Counted from the first letter of the stretch, positions 8,588-20,321 are shown. The stretch is 64,000 nucleotides of DNA from an uncultured Vicinamibacterales bacterium (GCA_964481395.1 CAYZYG010000002.1:6060-70059), one strand, 5' to 3'. Translations and numbers: made by a program. Notes: generated by a model not told the origin, from the letters alone.

Positions 8588-9724
8588 TCACCCCCGCTTC
8601 ACGGCCCCAATCCCGGGCTTGTCCGTGAGCGTCACCTTGCCGTCGACGACCGTCATGCCGTCGAAGGGATCGTTCGAGATGAGCAGGGCGCCGTCGAGGT
8701 CGGCCCAGTCGACCATCGGCGAGAGGTGCGAGGCCGCCGAGATGCCGCACGAGGTTTCCGTCATGCAGCCGAGCATGACCTTCATACCAAGGCCGCGCGC
8801 GAGCTGGATCATCTTCTGCGCCTCGCGCATGCCGGTGGACTTCATCAGTTTGATGTTGATGCCCGAGTAGACGCCGTGCGCCTTGTGCACGTCGGCCAGG
8901 CGCTGCACGCCCTCGTCTCCGAGGACGGGAATCGGGCTGCGCTCGGTGATCCACGCGAGATCGTCGACGCGCTCCTTCGGCAGCGGCTGCTCGACGTACT
9001 CGAAGCCCTTCTCCTTGAGCCAGTGCAGCATGTCGAGCGCCTGCTGGCGGTCGGTCCAGCCCTGGTTCGCATCGCCCGTCAGGGGAACGCTCGTCACCGA
9101 TCGGATGGCCTCGACCATGGGCTTGTCCGTGTCGCGCCCGAGCTTGATCTTCAGCACCTTGAAGCCGGCGGCCTCACGCGTCTTTTCCCTGACGACCTCG
9201 GGCGTGTCGATGCCGATGGTGAACGTCGTGTAGGGCGTCTTCGTCCGGTCGTAGCCCCAGATGTTGTACCAGGGCTGCTTCATCAGCTTGCCGACGAGGT
9301 CGTGCAGCGCGATGTCGATGGCGGCCTTGGCTGCAGGGTTGCCGGGCGCCAGCCGGTCGATGTCGGGGAGAATCGTTTCCAACTCGAACGGGTTGCCGTA
9401 CGGACTCAGATCGACCTTCGACAGGAACGCCGCGGCCGTCTCGTGCGACTCACCCAGGTACGGTGGCATCGACGCCTCGCCGTAGCCCACGAGCCCCTCG
9501 TACGCGATCTCCGTCAGCATCACGGGCGTCGTCGTGCGCGAACTCGTTGCCAGGGTGAAGACGTGCCTGAGCTGGAGCGTGTACGGCCGGAACGACAGCG
9601 TCATCCGTGGGCTGCCGCCCTGCGTGCGCGAGCCGGACGCCTGAAACCACGGGCCTGTCGGGACGAGCATGGCCGTGCCTCCGATGGCCGACTGCTGCAG
9701 GAATTGACGACGGGTCTGGGACAT
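8588..9724 (-). CDS. dipeptide (L-Ala-D/L-Glu) epimerase, enolase superfamily, with Tat-type signal
   Basis: MSQTRRQFLQQS twin-arginine leader. Mandelate racemase/muconate-lactonising-type motifs KIKLG, GDANQGW, VEQPLP, LGDEG, NIKLMK. Confidence 0.85.
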   Translation of the reverse strand: MSQTRRQFLQQSAIGGTAMLVPTGPWFQASGSRTQGGSPRMTLSFRPYTLQLRHVFTLATSSRTTTPVMLTEIAYEGLVGYGEASMPPYLGESHETAAAFLSKVDLSPYGNPFELETILPDIDRLAPGNPAAKAAIDIALHDLVGKLMKQPWYNIWGYDRTKTPYTTFTIGIDTPEVVREKTREAAGFKVLKIKLGRDTDKPMVEAIRSVTSVPLTGDANQGWTDRQQALDMLHWLKEKGFEYVEQPLPKERVDDLAWITERSPIPVLGDEGVQRLADVHKAHGVYSGINIKLMKSTGMREAQKMIQLARGLGMKVMLGCMTETSCGISAASHLSPMVDWADLDGALLISNDPFDGMTVVDGKVTLTDKPGIGAVKRG

Positions 9725-9744
9725 GCGGATAGGATACCAGCAGG

Positions 9745-9846
<102 letters not shown>

Positions 9847-11025
9847 CTATGCCCGCCGAATCGCGCGCCGCGCGGTCGCGAACAGTTCATCCGGCGTGAA
9901 GGGCTTGGCCATGTAGTCGCTCGCGCCGCGCTGGATGGCTTCGACCGCGGTGTCGATCGACGCGTAGCCGGTGACCATCACGACGGGCAGCTTCGGCCGG
10001 TGCTTGTGGATCGTCGGCAGCAGCTCGAGGCCGTTGGCGTCCGGCATCTTCATGTCGAGCAGCACGAGGTCGTACATCTCGTTGAGGATGCGTGTGAGTG
10101 CCTCGCGCCCCGAGAAGGCTTCCTCGACCTGGAATCCGCGGCGGCTCAGCGTCCGGCGAATGCTGTTGGCGACGACCGGCTCGTCGTCCACGACCAGGAC
10201 CTTGCGACCGGTCGCCTTCTCCGCGTTCCAGCGCCCGGGGACGGGCATGTCGCCGCGTCCGAGCGCGTCCGCGTAGGCCGGCGACGTCACGGCGGCCACC
10301 TCGGACCAGCTGAACGGCATATCGACGTCGATCTGGTCCTGCAGGTGCTGCATCGTCGCGGCCATGATCGCCTTCCGCCGTTCGGCGGCCAGCAGGGGGC
10401 ACTCGAGCTGCTGGCACACCCCCTTCGTCTTGTAGCGCTTGCAGTGGCGCTGGCCGAGGGCGCAGAAATCGATGACCGTGACATCGGAGCGCGTGAGCTG
10501 TTTGACGAACTGGGGAGACGTGGCTGCGGTGACCTCGGCGGCGTCGAACGGCATGTCGACGTCGATCACCTCGCCCTTCGGCGTCGACTTCACCTTGGGC
10601 TCGCGCTTCGGCGGGGCCGGGGTGGCCGTCCGCGAGCCAGGCTTCATCACGAGCGCGACGTGCGCCAGGGCGGCATCGAGTTCGTCCGGCGTGAACGGCT
10701 TCGGCAGATACCCCGCCGCGCCGGCCCGGGTGGCTTCGATGGCCGACGCGATCGACGCGTATCCGGTCATGATCATGAGCGGCGTCTGTGGCCAGCGGTC
10801 GCGGACGACGCGCAGCAGGTCGAGGCCGGAAGACTGAGGCATCATCAGATCCGCGAGGATCAGATCGAAGGCCGGACCCCTCTCGAGGTACTCGATGGCG
10901 GACGCGACGGAAATCGCCTTCTCCACGTCGTGGCCGCGCCGGGCGAGGATCTTCTCCACGCTCGCGCACACGGACCGTTCATCATCCACCACCAGAATCC
11001 GCTTGGTTGCCGTTGCCGTGCTCAT
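9847..11025 (-). CDS. dual-receiver response regulator with a novel Cys-containing central domain
   Basis: Two CheY-like REC domains (KRILVVDDE...DLMMP...PKPF and RKVLVVDDE...DMKMP...AKPF) flank about 145 aa with no output domain I recognise. The ORF opens at GTG 11034. I prefer ATG 11025, which lies 8 nt after GAGG. Confidence 0.85.
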   Translation of the reverse strand: MSTATATKRILVVDDERSVCASVEKILARRGHDVEKAISVASAIEYLERGPAFDLILADLMMPQSSGLDLLRVVRDRWPQTPLMIMTGYASIASAIEATRAGAAGYLPKPFTPDELDAALAHVALVMKPGSRTATPAPPKREPKVKSTPKGEVIDVDMPFDAAEVTAATSPQFVKQLTRSDVTVIDFCALGQRHCKRYKTKGVCQQLECPLLAAERRKAIMAATMQHLQDQIDVDMPFSWSEVAAVTSPAYADALGRGDMPVPGRWNAEKATGRKVLVVDDEPVVANSIRRTLSRRGFQVEEAFSGREALTRILNEMYDLVLLDMKMPDANGLELLPTIHKHRPKLPVVMVTGYASIDTAVEAIQRGASDYMAKPFTPDELFATARRAIRRA

Positions 11026-11060
11026 GGCCATCACCTCGTTGGGGTCGTGCTGCCAGTGAC

Positions 11061-11081
11061 ATAACCAAGAACGGTGCCAGG
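11061..11081 (-). promoter_or_regulatory. candidate sigma-54 (-24/-12) promoter for the dual-receiver gene
   Basis: Minus strand reads CTGGCACCGTTCTTGGTTAT, i.e. TGGCAC-N5-TTGG against the consensus TGGCAC-N5-TTGC (one mismatch at -12). It lies about 30-40 nt upstream of the start codon. A sigma-54 activator gene is immediately upstream. Confidence 0.35.
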
Positions 11082-11368
11082 GTGAAGGGAGGCGTGACAG
11101 GTCCGTGTAAGTGAAAACCTGTCAGTGTGTTGCAGGGAATCAAGCCGCTCGGGGGAAGCCACGTCTGGCGGCCGACCGCATACGCGTGATATGCAGCTGC
11201 CGGAGGCGCGCCGGCATCGAGGTCGGGCCGAGAACTGGTTCAAGAAAGCCAAATGAGAGGAACAGGCCTGAATCCCGTTATCGTGGACCGGCGCGCGCGG
11301 ACGATCGGGAGGACTGCCACGTGCATATGCGCAGCATGCACAACATGACTCATCTGTGATCTTCGAGT

Positions 11369-11470
11369 CGGGATTGGCGATTGCGGATTGGGGGTTGGTT
11401 CAGCTCGAGTCAGCACCACGAAGGGGGACTGGGGACATCCACAACTGATCCCCGATCCCCGGTCCCTGTC
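11369..11470 (-). repeat. composite intergenic repeat, type B copy 1
   Basis: CGGGATTGGCGATTGCGGATTGGGGGTTGG...GAAGGGGGACTGGGGACATCCACAACTGATCCCCGATCCCCGGTCCC. It is the reverse-complement counterpart of 26054-26158 and abuts the stop codon at 11472. Confidence 0.8.
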
Positions 11471-11471
11471 C

Positions 11472-12885
11472 TCACTCCTCGTGCCCGAGGCCGCCCCTGA
11501 TCCCGTGCTTGCGCATGAGCATCTGGAAGTTCTGCCGCTGGATGCCGACGTCGGCCGCGGCGTGGGTGACGTTCCAGCCGCTCCGCTCCAGAGCCTCCAC
11601 GACGAATTCGCGCTCCAGGTCGGCCACGGCCCGCTCGCGGAGCTGCCGCTTGAGCGCCAGGAACTCCTGGTTGGTCCTGGGGATGTCGAGATCGGCCGGG
11701 AGGGACTGGCGAGTGAGGACCCGGGGCAGGTGTCTCGGTTCGACAATGTCGCCGTCGCAGGCGATGACGGCGCGCTCGACGGACGCCTCGAGCTGTCGGA
11801 CGTTGCCGGGCCAGTCGTACTGCTCGAGGAGCCGCAGCGCATCTTCCGAGAAGCGATCCACCTGTTTGCCGCTGCGTTCCCGCGCGCGGCCGAGGAGGTG
11901 GCAGGCCAGCAGTGGAATGTCCTCGCGCCGGTCGCGCAGGGGAGGCAGGTAGATGGGGAACACGTACAGCCGGTAGTACAGGTCCTCGCGGAACGTGCCT
12001 TCGCGGACCATCTTCTCGAGATCCCGGTTCGTGGCGAAGACGAGGCGCACGTCCACCTTGCGGGGCTGCGTGCCGCCGACGGGCAGGAACTCGCGCTCCT
12101 GGATGAACCGCAGCAGCCGGGCCTGCACGTCCACGTCGACGTTGCAGATCTCGTCGAGGAACACGGTGCCGCGGTCGGCCGCCTCGAAGATGCCGCGCTT
12201 GTCGTGCACGGCTCCCGTGAACGATCCCCTGACGTGTCCGAACAGCTCGCTCTCGAGCAGGTTGACGGCCAGCGCGCCGCAGTCCACGGCGAAGAAGCGT
12301 TCATGGCGGCGGGGACTCAATGCGTGCACGGCCCGTGCGACGAGTTCCTTGCCGGTCCCCGTTTCGCCGACGATGAGGACGGTGCTCGAAGTGGGGGCGA
12401 CCTTCCGGATGAGCCGGTACACCTCCAGCATCTTGGGGCTGCCGCCCACGAGGCCCGCGAAGATGGCCGGATCCTGGCCAGACGCCGGCGTGATGCCGCG
12501 CGACCGCAAAATCTGCTGACGGCGCTCCCAGGCCTTGCCCGCCACGGCGGCCATTTCGGCCGGGGTGAACGGCTTCGGCAGGTACTCGAACGCGCCGACC
12601 TTCATGGTTTCGACGACCGAGGCGATGGTGGCGAACCCGGTGATGACGACGGGCACGATGTCGGGAAAGCTGCTGCGCAGCACGCCGAGCAGTTCCATGC
12701 CGCCCAGTTCGGCCATCTTGAGGTCCGTGAACACCACGTCGTACGTCCCCTCGGCGAGGTGCCTGAGGGCGTCGGCCCCGCTGGTCACGGTGGTGACGGC
12801 GTAGCCTTCGCGCGACAGGATCTTCTCGCAACTCCGGCAGATGGCCGGCTCGTCATCGACGACCAGCACGCGGGGTCCGTTGAGG

Positions 12886-12896
<11 letters not shown>
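11472..12896 (-). CDS. sigma-54-dependent response regulator (NtrC family)
   Basis: ORF 11472..13157 trimmed to ATG 12896 (MTSNLNGPRVLVVDDE). REC domain, AAA+ motifs GETGTGKE, ESELFGH and GSFTGA, and a C-terminal Fis-type HTH. The ATG lies inside the last codons of the kinase gene (GTCGATGACGAGTAA). Confidence 0.95.
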
Positions 12897-14996
<2,100 letters not shown>

Positions 14997-15003
<7 letters not shown>

Positions 15004-15626
15004 GCCCTGAGCCCGTCGTCCCTCGGCCAGGCTCGGGACGATCCCGAGTGTGTCGAAGGGGCGACGGTCGCGGCTTCGTCGGGCAGGCGGAACGCGCCCA
15101 CCCGTACGGTGTCGAGTGCCGCCAGCACCGCGTCTCGCGCGGCGGGCACGGCCTCGGCCACCGCTGTTGTCAGCGCTTCGCCAATCGACTCCATGTCGTC
15201 GACCTCCACCGCAACCACATGGATCCGATCCGGGAGCGGCACGCCCGACTGCCGGCCGAGCCGCATCACCGTGGGCAGACCCGCCGCGTGCGGGGATGGT
15301 CCCGAGTCTCCGCGCAACGCCTCGAAGGGCATCGAGAGGACGGTGCCAGGGGGATGCGAACCCGTCCGCACGGCATCGACGACGACGGCGGCATCGAAAC
15401 CGGTCAGCTCGTCGAGAAGGTAGAAACCCGAGAGCGGGGTCTTACGCACGACGACTGACTGGGACCGGGGACCGGGGACCAGGGACCAGGTCAGTCTCGC
15501 TTCCACCGCGTCCGCGACGGCCCATCCGACGCCATCGTCGCGCAGCAGGTCGTTCCCAAGGCACAGCACGACGACTGCGCCTTCGGCACAACTGGTCCCC
15601 GATCCCTGGTCCCCGGTCCCTGTCAT
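14997..15626 (-). CDS. [NiFe]-hydrogenase maturation endopeptidase (HybD/HycI/FrhD family)
   Basis: ORF trimmed to ATG 15626, which forms an ATGA overlap with the large-subunit stop. VVVLCLGNDLLRDDGVGWAV and VVVDAV...PGTV motifs. The N-terminus and an internal loop are encoded by heptad repeats. Confidence 0.85.
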
Positions 15627-17092
15627 CCGCCGCCCCTCGACACGGTCTTCAGTACCGCCCCGCGGCGGTCCCTGACGACCGCCCTCAGCGGCATTTCGCC
15701 GGGCAGCGAGTGCGTGGCGCAGCCGAAGCACGGGTCGTACGCGCGAAAGGCCATTTCCACCTGGTTGAGCAGACCGTCGTCGACCCGGCCGCCGTGGATC
15801 ACGCCCTTCGCGGCCTTTTCGATCGACATCTGGATGGGCGCCGCGTTGTGCACGGTGGCGACGACGAGGTTCACCATCGTGAGGATCCCGTTGGGGTCCG
15901 TGGCGTAGTGGTGGATGAGCGTCCCGCGAGGCGCTTCGACGATGCCGATGCCCTCCGTGGGAGCCTGGTCCGGGAGCCTGCGGACAACCGGATCGCCGAT
16001 TTCGGGATCGTTTGCCAGCGCCTGAACCGTTTCCGTCGCCTGGAGCGCTTCGATCAGGCGTGCCCAGTGGGTGGCCAGCGTGTTGTGCATCGGCTTGCCG
16101 CCGAGTATCTGCACCATCTGCTCGTAGTGCTCCTGCGCGCGGGGCGTGGCCATGCCGTCCGCGACGTTCAGGCGGGCGAGCGGAGCGACGCGAAACACGC
16201 CGCTCTCCGATCCGTCGACGAAGCCTTTCCAGCCGGGCCGCTTCAGGAACGGGAACTTGATGTACGACCAGGGCTCCACGTGCTCACCGATGTACTTCAA
16301 GTAGTCGGGCGGGTCGAATTCGGCCACACGCACGCCGGACGGATCGACGACCCGCAGGCGCCCCCGGTAGAAGCTCACGCGGCCGTTCGCGTCCACCGTG
16401 CCCATGTAGTGCGTCCGATGCGCGTAGTGGTCCGCCAGGATCGTGTCGACGTAGGCCTGGTTCTTCAGCACGATGTCGGCGAAGGCCTGGAGCGAGAAGG
16501 CCGCGAAGTCCACCAGTCCTGGCGCGGCCGCCTTCAGCCGCTCGACCGTTTCGGCCTTGAGGGGCTTGCTGATTCCGCCGGGCAGGCCGAACACCGGGTG
16601 AATGGTCTTTCCGGCCATCTCGGCCATGAACCCGCGGGCGACCTTGCGCGCCTCGATGACCTTGCCGCCGATCTCGAGCCCCACTTTGCCGATCACGCCC
16701 ACGACGTTGCGTTCACCAGCCGGCGCCGACGGGCCGACGACAAAGTCGGGGCCGCCGAGGAAGTAGAAGTGCAGCGTGTGGTCCTCGAACATGAACAGGT
16801 TGTAGAAGAGTTCGCGGACCTTGTGCGCGGCCGGCGGCGGGTCGACGTGGTACAGCGCGTCGAGGGCCCGGGCCGAGGCCATGTGGTGTGCGGACGGGCA
16901 GACGCCGCAGATGCGCTGCGTGATGCGCGGCATCTCTTCGGCCGGCCGGCCGAGGCAGAACCGCTCGAATCCGCGCAGCTCGGGGATCTGCATGTACGCG
17001 TTGGCGACTTCGCCGCGGTCGTCGAGGAAGATCTCGATCTTGCCGTGGCCTTCGAGGCGCGTGATGGGGTCGATCGTGATGCGCTGAGTCAT
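15623..17092 (-). CDS. mvhA: [NiFe]-hydrogenase large subunit, group 3 (Mvh-like by context)
   Basis: MTQRITIDPITRLEGHGKI. RICGVCPSAHH and C-terminal DPCFGCATH ligand motifs, followed by a 28-aa cleavable tail. ATGA overlaps at both ends. Confidence 0.93.
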   Translation of the reverse strand: MTQRITIDPITRLEGHGKIEIFLDDRGEVANAYMQIPELRGFERFCLGRPAEEMPRITQRICGVCPSAHHMASARALDALYHVDPPPAAHKVRELFYNLFMFEDHTLHFYFLGGPDFVVGPSAPAGERNVVGVIGKVGLEIGGKVIEARKVARGFMAEMAGKTIHPVFGLPGGISKPLKAETVERLKAAAPGLVDFAAFSLQAFADIVLKNQAYVDTILADHYAHRTHYMGTVDANGRVSFYRGRLRVVDPSGVRVAEFDPPDYLKYIGEHVEPWSYIKFPFLKRPGWKGFVDGSESGVFRVAPLARLNVADGMATPRAQEHYEQMVQILGGKPMHNTLATHWARLIEALQATETVQALANDPEIGDPVVRRLPDQAPTEGIGIVEAPRGTLIHHYATDPNGILTMVNLVVATVHNAAPIQMSIEKAAKGVIHGGRVDDGLLNQVEMAFRAYDPCFGCATHSLPGEMPLRAVVRDRRGAVLKTVSRGGG

Positions 17093-18066
17093 ACGCCAGC
17101 TCCAGCTCTCCGCCGGTGGAGCAGAGAGACCGGCAGCGAGAAGCGGTAGAAGGTGCCGACCGGGTCCGGGATCTGATCGAGCAGCCGGTCGATCTCGGCT
17201 TCGGTTTTCGGTGCCAGGATGGAGGCGAAGGCCGACAGGAACTTCGCGCCCTGGTCGAACACGTCGTCGAGCGGGCCCGAGCACCCGCGGCAGGGCATGT
17301 TGCCCTCGATGCACGGCATGCCGCATCCTTGACGTGTCGCCGGCCCCATGCAGATGAACCCCTGGGCGAGGAAACAGGTCTCCGGATCGGCGATGTGCGT
17401 GGCCGGCCGCTTGATCTCGGTCAGCTCGATCCTGTCCGGCTTGGTGTCCTTGCGCGGGCAGTCGTCGCAGCAGGCCTTGTTCGGCGAGAGGACGGCGCCC
17501 TTCGGCGGCAGGGTCCCGGTGAGGATGGCCTCGATCGCCTTCCAGATGAGATCCGGCGGCGGCGCGCACCCGGGCAGGTAGTAGTCGACGTCGATCACCT
17601 GGTTGAGGGCCTTGACGTCGTCCCAGAACTCGGGGAGGTGGAGGTCGCAGCCGTTGGTCGTCGACTGGGCTCCGGGTTCGGTGCCGGGAGCGTTGTCGAC
17701 GGACGGCACGTCCCGGTACACCGTGTCGAAGACCTGCCGGCGGTCGTTCAGGTTGGCGAGGCCCGGAATCCCGCCGAGGTGGGCGCAGGCCCCGAAGGCG
17801 ACGACGATCTGCGACTTCCGGCGGAGCAGGTGCACCCACTCTTCCTGCTCGGACATGCGGACGCCGCCGTTGATGAACGCCACGGCGATGCTGCCGTCGT
17901 CCATGGCCTCGATGTCCTTCCGCTTGAAGTCCATCGCGACCGGCCAGAGGACGATGTCGACGGCGTCGACGACGGTGAGGATGCGCTCCTCGAGATCGAC
18001 GACGGCCTCCTCGCAGCCACCGCAGGAGGCGCACCAGTAGAACGCGACCTTCGGTTTCTGTGCCAC
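17089..18066 (-). CDS. mvhG: [NiFe]-hydrogenase small subunit, three-cluster Mvh/Frh-like type
   Basis: FYWCASCGGCEE proximal-cluster motif. Cys-rich C-terminus (ACCDDCPRKD, CFLAQGFICMGPATRQGCGMPCIEGNMPCRGC). At 325 aa it is much longer than one-cluster HoxY-type subunits. Confidence 0.9.
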   Translation of the reverse strand: MAQKPKVAFYWCASCGGCEEAVVDLEERILTVVDAVDIVLWPVAMDFKRKDIEAMDDGSIAVAFINGGVRMSEQEEWVHLLRRKSQIVVAFGACAHLGGIPGLANLNDRRQVFDTVYRDVPSVDNAPGTEPGAQSTTNGCDLHLPEFWDDVKALNQVIDVDYYLPGCAPPPDLIWKAIEAILTGTLPPKGAVLSPNKACCDDCPRKDTKPDRIELTEIKRPATHIADPETCFLAQGFICMGPATRQGCGMPCIEGNMPCRGCSGPLDDVFDQGAKFLSAFASILAPKTEAEIDRLLDQIPDPVGTFYRFSLPVSLLHRRRAGAGV

Positions 18067-18067
18067 G

Positions 18068-18487
18068 TCAGCTCCTCGCCCCGTTGAAGGGCCCGAGCGC
18101 GCGCAGTTGCCCGGTCATCTCGTTGATCACGTGCTGCACGCGGTCGCCCTCGCTCGCCGAGATCCACTCGAGCCGCACGCGCTCGTCCTCGACGCCGAGC
18201 TGGGCGAGGACGCGCTTGAGCAGGCGGAAGCGGCGCAGCGCCTTGTAGTTGCCTTCCTGGTAGTGGCAGTCCCCTGGGTGGCATCCGCCGATGAGGACGC
18301 CGTCGGCGCCTTCGTGGAGGGCCTTCATCACGAACTGCGGGTCGATGCGCCCGGAGCACATGACGCGGATGACGGGCGCGTTGGGTTCGTACGCCATCCG
18401 CGCGGTGCCGGCCAGGTCCGAGGCCGTGTAGGTGCACCAGTTGCAGAAGAACGCGACGATACGGGGCTCGAATGCGGCGGTGGCCAT
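18068..18487 (-). CDS. mvhD: MvhD/FlpD-family hydrogenase iron-sulfur subunit
   Basis: IVAFFCNWCTYTASDLAG...VMCSGRIDPQFV...GCHPGDCHY is the MvhD delta-subunit signature. Confidence 0.9.
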   Translation of the reverse strand: MATAAFEPRIVAFFCNWCTYTASDLAGTARMAYEPNAPVIRVMCSGRIDPQFVMKALHEGADGVLIGGCHPGDCHYQEGNYKALRRFRLLKRVLAQLGVEDERVRLEWISASEGDRVQHVINEMTGQLRALGPFNGARS

Positions 18488-18538
18488 GGGCCTGGCTCCT
18501 GTCCTTCGGCGCGGGACCCCGGTCCCGCGTCCGGGCGG

Positions 18539-20290
18539 CTACGACACCAGGACGCCCTCGATCTCGGCCATGATCTGGGCGTCGGTGAAGTGATGCTGCT
18601 GCGCGGCATGCGACGGGCAGGCCGCCACGCACGTGCCGCAGCCCTTGCAAAGCGCCTCGTTGAGCTGCGACACCTTCTTGTCCTTGTTGAACTCGATCGC
18701 GCTGAAGGGGCAGAGCGGCACGCAGACCTGGCAGCCGGAGCACAACGTCTCGTCGATGTGGGCCGTGTACGCTTCGAGTTCGACCTCGCCCTTGTCGATG
18801 AGCGCCATCGCCTCCGCGGCGGCGGCGCCCGCCTGAGCCACCGTATCCGGGATGTCCTTGGGGCCCTGCGCGCAGCCGGCGATGAAGACGCCATCCGTGA
18901 AGGTCGAGACCGGCGCGAGCTTGGGGTGCCGCTCGAGGAACCAGCCGTCGCTCGAGCACGACATGTTGAAGAGGCGGCGCACCTCGGCGGCGTCCTCACG
19001 CGCCTCGAGGCCGGTCGAGAGGATGACCATGTCGACGGGGATCCGCCGGACGAGGCCTGCCAGCGTGTCCTCGGCGCGGATGACGAGCTTGCCCTTCTCC
19101 ATGAGCGTGATGGCCCAGTCGGACACCTCGGCGACCCGACCGCGGATGAACTCGACGCCTTCGGCGAGCAGCCGGTTGTAGAACTCCTCGTAGCCCTTTC
19201 CGGGGCTGCGCATGTCGATGTAGAAGTTGTAGACCTTCGCGTGGCTGCGCTCGTGGACGAGGTGCGCCAGCTTCAGCGAGTACATGCAGCAGACCCGCGA
19301 GCAGTACTCGTGCGTGTTCTTGTCGCGCGAGCCGACGCAGTGGATGATGCCCACCGACTCGGGGACGCGGCCGTCCTTCAGCAGGACCTGGCCGTTGTTC
19401 GGCCCCGAGGCGTTCACCATGTGCTCGACCTGCAGGGCCGTGAAGACGTTGGGGTACAGGCCGTAGCCGTACTGCGGCACCTTCTTCGCGTCGACGGGCT
19501 GGAAGCCGGTGGCGACGATGATGGAGCCGACCTTGACCTCCTCGTGGCGGTCCTGCTGGCCGTGGTCGATGGCCTTGGCCTCGCAGGCCGTGGCGCACAC
19601 GCGGCAGCCGTCGGTCTTGAAGTGGATGCACGAGTCGGCGTCGATCACCGGCTGGTGGGGCACCGCCTGCATCGTCGGGATGTAGATCGGCGTGAGCGGC
19701 CCGAGCGGCAGTTCGCTCCGGATCTGCTCCGCTTCGCGCTCGATGGTGATGCAGCCGGTGGGGCAGACGTACGCGCAGGCCCCGCACGCGATGCACTTCT
19801 CGGAGGGCTCGTCGAAGGCCGTCCCGACGTAGCGCGTCGTGCCGCGGTTGAAGAAGCCGAGCACGTGGGCGCCGACGACGTCGGAGCAGACGCGGACGCA
19901 CAGGCCGCAGAGGATGCACGTGTCGTCGCCGCGGCCGAAGCGCGGCTCCTCGATGCCGTACTCCGCGGCCAGATCGGTGAGAACCTTCACGTGGCCGCAT
20001 CGGGCGAGCATCCACTCGAGGATGAGCTTGCGCGTCCGTCGCACGCGATCGGTCTGGGTGAAGACCTGAATGCCGTCGGTGACCGGGTAGTTGCAGGCGG
20101 TCACCATGCGGACCCGGCCGCGCATGTGAACCTCGACCGTGCAGATGCGGCACACGCCGTAGGGCTCGAGCAGCGGGTGATGGCACAGCGTGGGAATCCT
20201 GACGCCGGCCTTCTGCGCCACCTGCAGCAGCGGCGTGCGGTCCTCGGCTTCGGTCCTGATGCCGTCGATCGTGACTGTCACGAGCTTCAT
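18539..20290 (-). CDS. fusion protein: HoxU/NuoG-like 2Fe-2S + 2x[4Fe-4S] N-terminus joined to the C-terminal half of HdrA
   Basis: The first roughly 190 aa contain LCHHPLLEPYGVCRICTVEV...ACNYPV (2Fe-2S), CILCGLCVRVC and CIACGACAYVCPTGC. The rest aligns by eye to HdrA from the second motif of its inserted ferredoxin domain (PIYIPTMQAVPHQPVIDADSCIHFKTDGCRVCATAC) through VGSRD...CSRVCC to the C-terminal ferredoxin domain (CSGCQVCVPLCP, CKGCGTCVAACP). Confidence 0.88.
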   Translation of the reverse strand: MKLVTVTIDGIRTEAEDRTPLLQVAQKAGVRIPTLCHHPLLEPYGVCRICTVEVHMRGRVRMVTACNYPVTDGIQVFTQTDRVRRTRKLILEWMLARCGHVKVLTDLAAEYGIEEPRFGRGDDTCILCGLCVRVCSDVVGAHVLGFFNRGTTRYVGTAFDEPSEKCIACGACAYVCPTGCITIEREAEQIRSELPLGPLTPIYIPTMQAVPHQPVIDADSCIHFKTDGCRVCATACEAKAIDHGQQDRHEEVKVGSIIVATGFQPVDAKKVPQYGYGLYPNVFTALQVEHMVNASGPNNGQVLLKDGRVPESVGIIHCVGSRDKNTHEYCSRVCCMYSLKLAHLVHERSHAKVYNFYIDMRSPGKGYEEFYNRLLAEGVEFIRGRVAEVSDWAITLMEKGKLVIRAEDTLAGLVRRIPVDMVILSTGLEAREDAAEVRRLFNMSCSSDGWFLERHPKLAPVSTFTDGVFIAGCAQGPKDIPDTVAQAGAAAAEAMALIDKGEVELEAYTAHIDETLCSGCQVCVPLCPFSAIEFNKDKKVSQLNEALCKGCGTCVAACPSHAAQQHHFTDAQIMAEIEGVLVS

Positions 20291-20321
20291 CTCGGCCTCC
20301 AGCGCCTCGAGTGACCGGCTC

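Noticed and set aside
11111-11359. 82-aa ORF in the gap between the ntrC-like and dual-receiver genes.
   Set aside because: It is Arg/Cys-rich with no SD or homology features. It lies in a region better explained as regulatory DNA (sigma-54 promoter candidate and inverted repeat).
15623-18487. Possible selenocysteine (UGA) recoding in the hydrogenase large subunit or MvhD, as in some methanogens.
   Set aside because: All ligand positions are encoded by Cys codons. There are no in-frame UGA interruptions, and the ORFs are continuous.
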